The position numbers and the translations under genes were made by a program. A DNA stretch of 45,115 bases from Candidatus Fervidifonticultor quintus. Its GTDB lineage: Bacteria > Sysuimicrobiota > Sysuimicrobiia > Sysuimicrobiales > Humicultoraceae. Below the pieces are notes generated by a model that was not told where the DNA came from, made no database searches, and worked only from the letters and a program-made list of their open reading frames with translations. Shown one piece after another: positions 25,432 through 33,623 of the stretch (within the stretch, counting starts at the first letter, position 1; every line of letters begins with the position of its first letter). Location of the stretch: contig JAVKIJ010000016.1 in assembly GCA_031459535.1 (NCBI GenBank), positions 1 to 45,115 of the forward strand, read 5' to 3'.

Positions 25432-27687
25432 CTACCTCTGCGTCGCCTCGCGGGCCCGCAGCGCTCCTAGCAGCCGCTCGGGCGTGATCGGCAGCGACGT
25501 GACACGGACACCCGTGGCGTCTGCGATGGCATGGGCGATCGCCGCGGCGGCAGGGACCACGGGCGGTTCGCCCACGCCTTTGGCCCCAAACGGCCCGTCG
25601 TCAGAGGGCACCTCGACGATCACGGTATCCACGCGGGGGACTGATGACGCCCGGGGCAGGGGGTAGTCGGTGAACGTGGCGGTCAGCAACCCTCCGTCTT
25701 CGTCGTAGACGACGCCTTCCAGCAGTCCCCACCCGATGCCCTGCGCGACGCCGCCCAGTACCTGACCCCAGACGGCCGGGGGGTTGATGGCGAAGCCGAC
25801 GTCCTGGACGGCGACGTACTCGAGGATGGTCACCCCGCCGGTCTCCTCGTCGACGCGCACCCTGACTAGGTGCCCGGCGAACCCGGGCGACTGGCGCGTC
25901 AGGGCCGTGGAACCCTGCCCGAAGATGGGCGGGTACTTGGCGCCGAAACGCATGCTCATGGCTGCAATCTCGGCCAGCGAGAGCCTGGCGGTCGGCGAGC
26001 CCTTGACGCGGACTTCGCCGTCTGCCATCTCCAGGTCGTCCACGTGGGCCTCGAGATGGCTCGCGGCGATGTGGAGGATCTGACGGCGCGCGTCCTCGGC
26101 GGCCCGCCGCACCGCTTCGCCCACGGTGTATGTGATCTTGCTACCGCCGCTCATGCCGGAGTACGGCGCCTGATCGGTGTCCGGCGTCAGCACCCGGATC
26201 CGGTCGGGCCCCACGCCCAGGACCTCGGCGGCGATCAACCCAAACGAGGTCGCGGTGCCCGTGATATCCACGGCTCCGGTGAGGACCTCGAACGTCCCGT
26301 CGGTGTTGGCCCGGATGCAGGCGGTGGCCGACTCCAACCCGCCCAGCCAGCCGCCGACCGCCACCCCGATGCCCTCGCCGCGCGCCCTGGGCCGCCGGCG
26401 GGCAGGATGCCGCTCAAGCGCCTCCAGGACTTCCCGCAGGCCCATTCTGGGCCACGGCCGGCCGTTGGGCATCGGGTCGCCCGGCGCCGCGCAGTGCCGC
26501 AGGCGGAACGCCACAGGGTCCAGACCCAGCCTCTGGGCGAGTTCGTTCATCGCCGACTCGATGGCAAACGTGGCCTGGGGCGCGCCCGGCGCGCGGTAGG
26601 CGCCCGCCGCTGGCTTGTTGGTCAGCACCTCGACCGCTTCGATGGACAGGTTGGGGAACCGGTAGTAACCGCCCAGCAAGATGCCGGCCACCGAGAGCGG
26701 GGCGCCGGGTTCGCACCCCGAGTCGAAGACCAGCCGCGCGCGCAGGGCGACCAGATCGCCGTCCCTGCGGGCGCCCAGTTCAAGCTCGATGCGCGCCGCC
26801 GGGGCGGGCTCGGTGACGGCAAAGTCGTCGCTGCGCGGAAGAACCAGCCGGATCGGTCGGCGCGTAAGCAGTGCGAGCGCGCCGGCGAGCGGCTGCAGCA
26901 TCACGATCTTGCCGCCAAAGGCGCCGCCGACGGTCATGGGGACCACCTTGACCCGCTGCTGGGGTAGATTGAGGGTCCTCGCCACGTCGGCGCGCAGGTA
27001 GAACGTGCCCTGGGTGGCGGTGTAGATTGTCAACTGGCCTGTGACGGGATCGGTAGTCGCAACCGTCGCCTGGGGTTCCAGGTAGCCCTGGTGGATGCGC
27101 GAGGTGGTGTAGGTGCCGCGGACGACCACCTCGGCTGCCCGCATCGCGGCCTCGACATCCCCACGGGTGAAGACGACCCTGTTGGCGATGTTGCTGGGAC
27201 CTTCCGTCCTCTGCTCGGCCGCCGCCACGGTGGCGTGGGCCTGCGCGTCGCCCTCGTCGAATTCGGCCGTCTCGCGCACCAGCGGCGCATCTGCCCGCAG
27301 GGCGTCTTCGATGGTGAGCACGGCTGCCAGCGGCTCGAACCGCGTGGCGCCTCGGAGAGCGTGGAGCCCGTCGGCGGCGGCCTGCTCCGACTCCGCCAGC
27401 ACGACGGCGACCGGCTGGCCGGTGTAGCGAGTGGTCGGTCCGGCTAGCAGGCCGGCCGCGTCTCCACCCACAGGGGCCAGGTCTGCGGCTGTGACGACGG
27501 CCCTGACCCCCGGCACCCGCAGCGCAGCGTCGCGGTCTACGATCGCCACACGCGCCCTGGGGTACGGACTGAGTAGCAACCGCGCATGGAGCATGCCCGG
27601 CAGCCGCAGATCTTCGGTGTAGCGCGCCGCTCCCGTCACCTTCTCCCGGCCGTCGATCCGCTTCGTGGCCTTGCCGATGACCGCCAT
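25432..27687 (-). CDS. Xanthine dehydrogenase family molybdopterin-binding (large) subunit
   Basis: DGREKVTGAARYTED, HQGYLEP, VGGAFGGK, AYRAPG, DVGFAINP, GGVAQGIG, GPFGAKGVGE motifs. Confidence 0.93.
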   Translation of the reverse strand: MAVIGKATKRIDGREKVTGAARYTEDLRLPGMLHARLLLSPYPRARVAIVDRDAALRVPGVRAVVTAADLAPVGGDAAGLLAGPTTRYTGQPVAVVLAESEQAAADGLHALRGATRFEPLAAVLTIEDALRADAPLVRETAEFDEGDAQAHATVAAAEQRTEGPSNIANRVVFTRGDVEAAMRAAEVVVRGTYTTSRIHQGYLEPQATVATTDPVTGQLTIYTATQGTFYLRADVARTLNLPQQRVKVVPMTVGGAFGGKIVMLQPLAGALALLTRRPIRLVLPRSDDFAVTEPAPAARIELELGARRDGDLVALRARLVFDSGCEPGAPLSVAGILLGGYYRFPNLSIEAVEVLTNKPAAGAYRAPGAPQATFAIESAMNELAQRLGLDPVAFRLRHCAAPGDPMPNGRPWPRMGLREVLEALERHPARRRPRARGEGIGVAVGGWLGGLESATACIRANTDGTFEVLTGAVDITGTATSFGLIAAEVLGVGPDRIRVLTPDTDQAPYSGMSGGSKITYTVGEAVRRAAEDARRQILHIAASHLEAHVDDLEMADGEVRVKGSPTARLSLAEIAAMSMRFGAKYPPIFGQGSTALTRQSPGFAGHLVRVRVDEETGGVTILEYVAVQDVGFAINPPAVWGQVLGGVAQGIGWGLLEGVVYDEDGGLLTATFTDYPLPRASSVPRVDTVIVEVPSDDGPFGAKGVGEPPVVPAAAAIAHAIADATGVRVTSLPITPERLLGALRAREATQR

Positions 27688-27834
27688 CGTGTCCTCCCGA
27701 ACCCAGGGCTGCCACCAGGATTTCGCCACGCGGCCCCGCAGTGCCTACACGGCAGAGCCCATATCCGGCCTGTTGTCGGGCCGCGATGCCGGCCGTATGA
27801 TGCTGCCGTGGGCGCGGTGGGAGGAGGGGGGCAG

Positions 27835-28263
27835 ATGGACCGCCCGGCTACTAGGACCTCCAGCGAAACGACGGCAGAGGAGCGGTGGGACGTCGAAGGC
27901 TATGAGCGCATCGACGCCGGCCGCCTGGAGACGTTCGCCTACGAATATCCCGGCAGCGATGCGGTCGTGGAGATCTCCACCGACGAGTTCACCGCCGTCT
28001 GTCCCTGGTCGGGACTGCCCGACTTCGGCCGCGTGACCGTTCGGTACGTGCCCAGCGAGCGGGTGCTGGAGTTGAAGTCGTTCAAGTACTACCTGCACTC
28101 GTATCGCACCGTGGGGATCTATCAGGAGCATGCGGCCAACCGGATCTTGCGGGACTTGGTCGCGGCCACCCAGCCCAAGCGGATGGAGCTGGTGCTCGAC
28201 TACAACATCCGCGGCGGCCTCCACACCACGGTGACGGTGCGCTGGCCCGATTCCGGCCCGTGA
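27835..28263 (+). CDS. queF: NADPH-dependent preQ0 reductase (unimodular)
   Basis: EFTAVCPWSGLPDF, QueF motif ELKSFKYYLHSYR, IYQEH, NIRGG. Confidence 0.93.
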   Translation: MDRPATRTSSETTAEERWDVEGYERIDAGRLETFAYEYPGSDAVVEISTDEFTAVCPWSGLPDFGRVTVRYVPSERVLELKSFKYYLHSYRTVGIYQEHAANRILRDLVAATQPKRMELVLDYNIRGGLHTTVTVRWPDSGP

Positions 28264-28760
28264 CGTCGGCGGACCGGCGCGCTTCACGCCACGTGCGGGC
28301 GCGCGCCTTTGCCGAAATCTGCGTCGTCGCTGCGGCCTATGCCGCGCTGACCATTCTTCTGGCCCCCATCAGCTACGGGCCGGTGCAGTTTCGCCTTGCC
28401 GAGGGGCTCAAGTCGCTGGTGGTGTGGCGACCGCATCTGGTGGCCGCCTTCGTGGTGGGAAACTTCCTCGGCAACCTGACCAGCCCGAACGTCGGGCCGT
28501 GGGAGCTGGCGTTCATGCCGGCAGCTAATCTGATAGGCGCCACGCTGTGCGCCGTGACGGGCCGACGCTCCCCGTATCTGGGCGCGGCAGCCTACGCGGT
28601 GATCATTGCCGCGGCGGTGAGCCTGATGCTGTCGGCGATCCTGAGGGTGCCCTACGCCGTGCTCTTCCCGCCGTTGCTGTTGAGCGAAGCAGTCCTCATC
28701 GTTGGCGGGGTCCCGATCATGGGCCGCATCCACCGGGCTGTCGCCTCGCGCCGTCCGTAG
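28260..28760 (+). CDS. queT: QueT-family queuosine precursor transporter
   Basis: AAYAALTILLAPISYGPVQFRLAE signature; GTGA overlap with queF. Confidence 0.88.
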   Translation: MTSADRRASRHVRARAFAEICVVAAAYAALTILLAPISYGPVQFRLAEGLKSLVVWRPHLVAAFVVGNFLGNLTSPNVGPWELAFMPAANLIGATLCAVTGRRSPYLGAAAYAVIIAAAVSLMLSAILRVPYAVLFPPLLLSEAVLIVGGVPIMGRIHRAVASRRP

Positions 28761-31700
28761 TCCGCCGCCGCTTTCGGTGCCACCTTCCAGAAGCGCATCA
28801 GGTGGGCTTCCCAGTTGCCAAGCAGCATCCGCGCCCGGCGGCTCCCTGTGGCCTCGTAGTGCGCGGCCACGAGGTCGCGCAGGCGCTCGGCGTCTGCGCC
28901 ACTCACGCGCGTGATGGTGACGAGCTGGGTGTTGTAGCGCTGCGGCAGCGTCTCAGCGTCGTCGTAGACGAACGCCTCGCCGCCCGTCATGCCCGCGCCG
29001 AAGTTGCGACCGGTCTCGCCCAGGACGACCACGACCCCGCCGGTCATGTACTCGCAGCCGTGGTCGCCGCAGCCCTCGACGACCGCGGTCGCGCCGCTGT
29101 TGCGCACGGCGAAGCGCTCGCCCACGCGACCGGCGGCGAAGAAGCGGCCGCCGGTCGCCCCGTAGAGCACCGTGTTCCCGGCGATGACGTGCCGCCAGCT
29201 CTCGGCGACCAGCGGCGCCGGGGGCACCAGCACGATCTCGCCGCCGGCCATGCTCTTGCCGACATAGTCGTTGGCCTCGCCGACCAGGCGGAGGTGGATG
29301 CCACTCACGAGGAAGGCACCGAAGCTCTGCCCCGCGGCGCCCGCAAAGTGCAACCTGACCGATCCCTCGGGCAGGCCCGCATCGCCGAACCGGACCGCCA
29401 CGGCGCCGGCCAGCCGGGCGGCCACCGCCCGGTGGACGTTGCGCAGCGGCAGGTGGAGCTCCACCGGCTGCCCCAAGAGGATGGCCGGCAGGTGCGGGAG
29501 CAGGTGCGTCTCATCGTAGGGCTCCTCGGGCCGCAGGTTGCGCGGGACGACGCACCGCCTCAGCCGCGGATCATCGGGTACCGGGACGTCTGCCAGCAGC
29601 GCGCCGACCTCCACCGGCGCACCCGGTTTGGGCCGCAGCCGGTCGGCCCGGCCGATGATCTCGTCGAGCCGGCGCGCGCCCAGTGACGCCAGGAGGCTGC
29701 GCACCCCTTCGGCCACGCCGAGCAGATAGTTGATCACGTTCTCGGGCCTGCCGGCGAACTTGCGACGCAGATCCTCCCGCTGCGTGGCGATCCCCACCGG
29801 GCAGGTGTTGAGGTGGCACTGCCGCGCCATCACGCAGCCCAGAGCCGCCACGGCCGCGGTACCGAAGCCGAACTCCTCGGCTCCCAGCAACGCAGCGATA
29901 ACCACGTCGCGCGCGACCTTCAGCCCGCCGTCCACCCGCAGCCGCACCCGGCCGCGCAGGCCGCTGGCGATCAGGACCCGCTGGGTCTCGGCCAGGCCGA
30001 TCTCCCACGGGACGCCGGCGTGCTTGATCGAGTCCAGCGGCGACGCGCCGGTTCCGCCATCGGCGCCACTGATCTGGATCGTGTCGGCAAAGCCCTTGGC
30101 GACTCCCGCAGCGATAGTCCCGACACCGGTCTCGGCGACCAGCTTCACCGCCACTCTGGCCTGCGGGTGCACGACCTTCAGATCGTAGATGAGCTGGGCG
30201 AGGTCCTCAATGCTGTAGATGTCGTGGTGCGGCGGCGGCGAGATCAGGGTGATCCCCGGTTGGGCCCGCCGGATGCGCGCGATCTCGGCGCTGACCTTGT
30301 GGCCCGGAAGCTGCCCGCCTTCCCCGGGCTTGCTCCCCTGGGCCATCTTGATCTCCAGCTCGTCCGCCGACAGCACGTAGGCAGGCGTGACGCCGAACCG
30401 GGCCGAGGCAATCTGTTTGATCCGGCTGTTGGCCCACGCCTCTTGCGGGCGGCGGGCGTAGCGGCCGGGATCTTCCCCACCCTCGCCGGAGTTGGAGCGG
30501 GCGCCGAGACGGTTGGCGGCGATGGCCAGGGCGGTATGCGCCTCCAGCGACAGGGCGCCATGGGACATGGCCGAGATGACGAAGCGCCGCACGATTTCGG
30601 AAGCCGGCTCGACCTCATCCAGCGGCACCGGATCGCCCGGGACGAACTCCAGGAGGTCGCGCAGCGCCGTCGGCGGCCGCTGGTCCACCAGCGCCGCCAG
30701 GTCCGCCACGGCCGCAGGGGCGCCGGCGTCCTCGCCCCGGGCGACCCGGTGGATCGCCTTCACGACGGCGGGGTTGAAGGCGTGGTACTCCCCGTCCTTG
30801 CGGTAGCGGATCCACCCCGTCTCCACGATGGGGCCGCCTGCGGCGAACGCCTGGACGTGGCGGGCCAGCACCGCCGCCGCGAGCTCGTCGAGCCCCACAC
30901 CGCCGACGCGTGACGGGGTGCCGGGGAAGTAGGCCTCGATGAGGTCGGGCGCCAGACCCACGACTTCAAAGACCTGTGCGCCGTGATAGGCCGAGAGGGT
31001 GCTGATGCCCATTTTGGACATGATCTTGAGCAGTCCGCCTTCCACGGCCTCCCGCCACGCTGCGACGCGGCGGCGGGCGGTGTGCTCGTCTTCGGCGTCG
31101 GCGACGATGGTTTCCAACGCCAGGTACGCGCAGACGGCGCTAGCCCCATAGCCGATCAGGCAGGCCATGTGGTGGATGTCTTTGGCCTCGCCCGACTCGG
31201 CGATCAACCCGACCCGGCCGCGCAGGCCGGCACGCAGCAGGCCGTGGTGCACCGCCGAGACTGCGAGCAGCATGGGCACTGGAGCCCGGTCCGGCGCAAC
31301 GCCCCGGTCGGAGAGCACGATGAGGCCCACGCCTTCGGCCGCCGCGCGGCAGGCGCTGACTGAGAGCGCCTCAAGCGCCCGGCGCATCTCGCCCGGGCCT
31401 CGATGCGCGTCGAACAGCGTGGACAGAGTGCGCACGGGGAATGGGGTGCGTGCGCGGATTGCGTCCATCATCTCCAGGGTGAGCACGGGCGTGGGCAGGT
31501 GGATCAACCGGGCGTGCTGCGGGCCCTCCTCGAGGGGATTGCTGCGCGGTCCCACATAGCCGGCCAGCGACATCACCAGCCGCTCGCGCAGCGGGTCGAT
31601 GGGCGGGTTCGTCACCTGGGCGAAGCGCTGGCGGAAGTAGTCGGCCAGCGCCCGGGGCCGCGTGGCCAGCGGGGGCAGCGGCGTGTCGTCGCCCATGGAG

Positions 31701-33166
31701 AAGACTGGGTCCTTCGCCTCTTCGACCATGGACCGCAGGACCCTGTTGAGGTCCTCGCCGGTGTAGCCAAACGCGCGCTGCTGCGCGGTCAGGTCGGGTG
31801 GTACCGGCGGCCGGGCCGGGGTCCGGACTTCGGTGAGGCGCACCAAGTGGCGCTCCAGCCAGTCGCCGTAGGGACGCTGCGCACCGCAGAGGATCTTGAC
31901 GGCATCATCGCGCAGCACCACGCCCTTGTGCGTGTCCACGGCCAGGACCTGCCCGGGGCCCAGCCGCCCCTTCTCCAGCACCCGGCCCGGGGCGATATCC
32001 ACCACGCCGGCTTCGGAGGCGACCAGCACCAGGCCGTCACGGGTGATCACGTAGCGGGCAGGGCGCAGGCCGTTGCGGTCCAGCGAGGCGGCAACAAAGC
32101 GGCCGTCCGAGCACGCGATGGCCGCCGGCCCGTCCCATGGCTCCATCAGGCACGCGTGGTATTCGAAGAAGGCGCGCACGAAGTCCGGGAGGTCAACGAT
32201 GCCTTCCCAGGCACCGGGAATCAGCATCAGCAGCGTGTGGAGCAGGCCTCGACCGCTGCGCCGCAACAGCTCCATCACGTTGTCCAGCATGGCGCTGTCG
32301 CTGCCGCCCGGCTGGACAATGGGGAGCAGATCGTCCAGGCCGCCGGGCCACAGCGGTGAGGAGAGCAGCGGCTCGCGCGCGGCCATCCAGGTCACGTTGC
32401 CCTGCAGGGTGTTGATCTCGCCGTTGTGGGCCAGCAGCCTGAAGGGCTGGGCCAGCGCCCAGGACGGCAGGGTGTTGGTACTGTACCGCTGGTGGAACAC
32501 GGCGATGGCGGTCTCGAAGGCGGGATCGGTCAGGTCGGGATAGAAACGGGACAGCTGCGGCGAGACCAGCAGCCCCTTGTACACCACGGTCGCCGCCGAC
32601 AGCGAGGCCACGTGCAACGCCAGGCCGTCTGCCAGCGCCCGACGCTCGATCAGCCGCCGCGCCCGATACAGCGTGCGCTCGAACGCCTCGTCGTCACAGT
32701 CGCGCGGCCGGCCCACGACGAACTGGGCGATCTCGGGCTGCGTACGCCGGGCGTGCTCGCCCAGCGCGCTCGGATCGGTGGGCACCAGGCGCCACCCCAG
32801 CACAGGGACACCGCACGCCTCCAGCGCGGTCGCCACCAGCATCCAGGCGGCTCGGGCCGCGTCGGCGTCCTGGGGCAGGAAGATCATGCCCAGGCCGAGG
32901 TCGGCGTTGGGCGTCTTCAGTCGCAGGTCACGGCGTAGCAGGGCGTAGGGGAGCTGGGTCAGCACGCCGGCGCCGTCGCCCGTGCGCGCGTCTGCGGCCA
33001 GTGCGCCCCGGTGGCTCATGGCCGCCACGGCCGCCAGCGCGTGGTGCAGGATGGCGTGGCTATGGCGGCCCCGCCGGTCGGCCACGAAGCCCACCCCGCA
33101 CGCATCGCGCTCGCGCGACCAGCTCGCCGGGATGTCAGTCTTCCGGTGTTCCTGCGCTTGCGGCAT
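28652..33166 (-). CDS. gltB: Glutamate synthase large subunit
   Basis: ERDACGVGF (Ntn Cys), HQRYSTNT, HNGEINT, MEPWDGPA, FAQVTNPPID, KMAQGSKPGEGG, GCVMARQCHLNTCPVG, GCEYMTGG. Confidence 0.97.
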   Translation of the reverse strand: MPQAQEHRKTDIPASWSRERDACGVGFVADRRGRHSHAILHHALAAVAAMSHRGALAADARTGDGAGVLTQLPYALLRRDLRLKTPNADLGLGMIFLPQDADAARAAWMLVATALEACGVPVLGWRLVPTDPSALGEHARRTQPEIAQFVVGRPRDCDDEAFERTLYRARRLIERRALADGLALHVASLSAATVVYKGLLVSPQLSRFYPDLTDPAFETAIAVFHQRYSTNTLPSWALAQPFRLLAHNGEINTLQGNVTWMAAREPLLSSPLWPGGLDDLLPIVQPGGSDSAMLDNVMELLRRSGRGLLHTLLMLIPGAWEGIVDLPDFVRAFFEYHACLMEPWDGPAAIACSDGRFVAASLDRNGLRPARYVITRDGLVLVASEAGVVDIAPGRVLEKGRLGPGQVLAVDTHKGVVLRDDAVKILCGAQRPYGDWLERHLVRLTEVRTPARPPVPPDLTAQQRAFGYTGEDLNRVLRSMVEEAKDPVFSMGDDTPLPPLATRPRALADYFRQRFAQVTNPPIDPLRERLVMSLAGYVGPRSNPLEEGPQHARLIHLPTPVLTLEMMDAIRARTPFPVRTLSTLFDAHRGPGEMRRALEALSVSACRAAAEGVGLIVLSDRGVAPDRAPVPMLLAVSAVHHGLLRAGLRGRVGLIAESGEAKDIHHMACLIGYGASAVCAYLALETIVADAEDEHTARRRVAAWREAVEGGLLKIMSKMGISTLSAYHGAQVFEVVGLAPDLIEAYFPGTPSRVGGVGLDELAAAVLARHVQAFAAGGPIVETGWIRYRKDGEYHAFNPAVVKAIHRVARGEDAGAPAAVADLAALVDQRPPTALRDLLEFVPGDPVPLDEVEPASEIVRRFVISAMSHGALSLEAHTALAIAANRLGARSNSGEGGEDPGRYARRPQEAWANSRIKQIASARFGVTPAYVLSADELEIKMAQGSKPGEGGQLPGHKVSAEIARIRRAQPGITLISPPPHHDIYSIEDLAQLIYDLKVVHPQARVAVKLVAETGVGTIAAGVAKGFADTIQISGADGGTGASPLDSIKHAGVPWEIGLAETQRVLIASGLRGRVRLRVDGGLKVARDVVIAALLGAEEFGFGTAAVAALGCVMARQCHLNTCPVGIATQREDLRRKFAGRPENVINYLLGVAEGVRSLLASLGARRLDEIIGRADRLRPKPGAPVEVGALLADVPVPDDPRLRRCVVPRNLRPEEPYDETHLLPHLPAILLGQPVELHLPLRNVHRAVAARLAGAVAVRFGDAGLPEGSVRLHFAGAAGQSFGAFLVSGIHLRLVGEANDYVGKSMAGGEIVLVPPAPLVAESWRHVIAGNTVLYGATGGRFFAAGRVGERFAVRNSGATAVVEGCGDHGCEYMTGGVVVVLGETGRNFGAGMTGGEAFVYDDAETLPQRYNTQLVTITRVSGADAERLRDLVAAHYEATGSRRARMLLGNWEAHLMRFWKVAPKAAADYGRREATARWMRPMIGTPPTMRTASLNSNGGKSTA

Positions 33167-33236
33167 GGCGACTCGACATCGAATACGGAAGCCCGAGGAA
33201 CTGGTCCCCCCTGGCACGGAGGCCGACCTCCGCAGC

Positions 33237-33351
33237 GAGGAACCTCTCCCTCGGGCTTCTCTCCCGACGGTGTAGCGGATAGATGATCCGCCTGCGTCGC
33301 TCGAACCAGACCGGCCCTGGTCGGGCCGCGGAACCCTAGACGCACGTCCTC
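33237..33351 (-). ncRNA. ykkC-motif subtype 2 riboswitch, probably ppGpp-sensing (2a)
   Basis: Minus strand GAGGACGTGCGTCTAGGGTTCCGC...GTCTGGTTCGAGCGACGCA...TACACCGTCGGGAGAGAAGCCCGAGGGAGAGGTTCCTC has the ykkC core, ACACC junction and P0 (GAGGA/TCCTC); lies in the gltB leader. Confidence 0.85.
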
Positions 33352-33393
33352 AATGACGCCGGCGAGGGCAACCTCGACCGGCCTTTATCGGCT

Positions 33394-33422
33394 ACCATAC
33401 GAGAGCCCGACGCGGATGTCAA
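33394..33422 (-). promoter_or_regulatory. sigma70-type promoter of gltB
   Basis: TTGACA-17 bp-TATGGT. Confidence 0.8.
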
Positions 33423-33432
33423 GCGGAGCACC

Positions 33433-33461
33433 TCGTCACATTTGGCCACGATCGGTATAAT
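33433..33461 (+). promoter_or_regulatory. sigma70-type promoter of otsAB-treS
   Basis: TCGTCA-17 bp-TATAAT. Confidence 0.65.
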
Positions 33462-33478
33462 GGAAGGAGCGCACCAGC

Positions 33479-33620
33479 CTGCCAATCGCCTAATCCCTCC
33501 ATCCGGAGGGAGCGGGGGACCCAAGATGTGGGGCGAATCTCGCGGCGCGCAGGAGGCCGCGAGACGGGGTGTCTCTGGACCCGAGCCCGTCAGCTCACAC
33601 CGCCGGCAGACCAGAGAGGT
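33479..33620 (+). ncRNA. c-di-AMP (ydaO/yuaA) riboswitch
   Basis: AATCGCCTAATCC...GGAGCGGGGGACCCA...TGGGGCGAATC...CCCGAGCCCGTCAGCTCACACCG. Pseudoknot tctctgg (33572-33578)/ccagaga (33611-33617) overlaps the RBS. Confidence 0.88.
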
Positions 33621-33623
33621 GGT

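Noticed and set aside
25432-27687. Aerobic CO dehydrogenase CoxL
   Set aside because: The loop is AYRAPG, not AYxCSFR (form I) or AYRGAGR (form II), and coxM/S are absent.
27690-27834. preQ1 riboswitch upstream of queF
   Set aside because: No hairpin with an A-rich tail matching the consensus; only a TATGAT -10 and an RBS.
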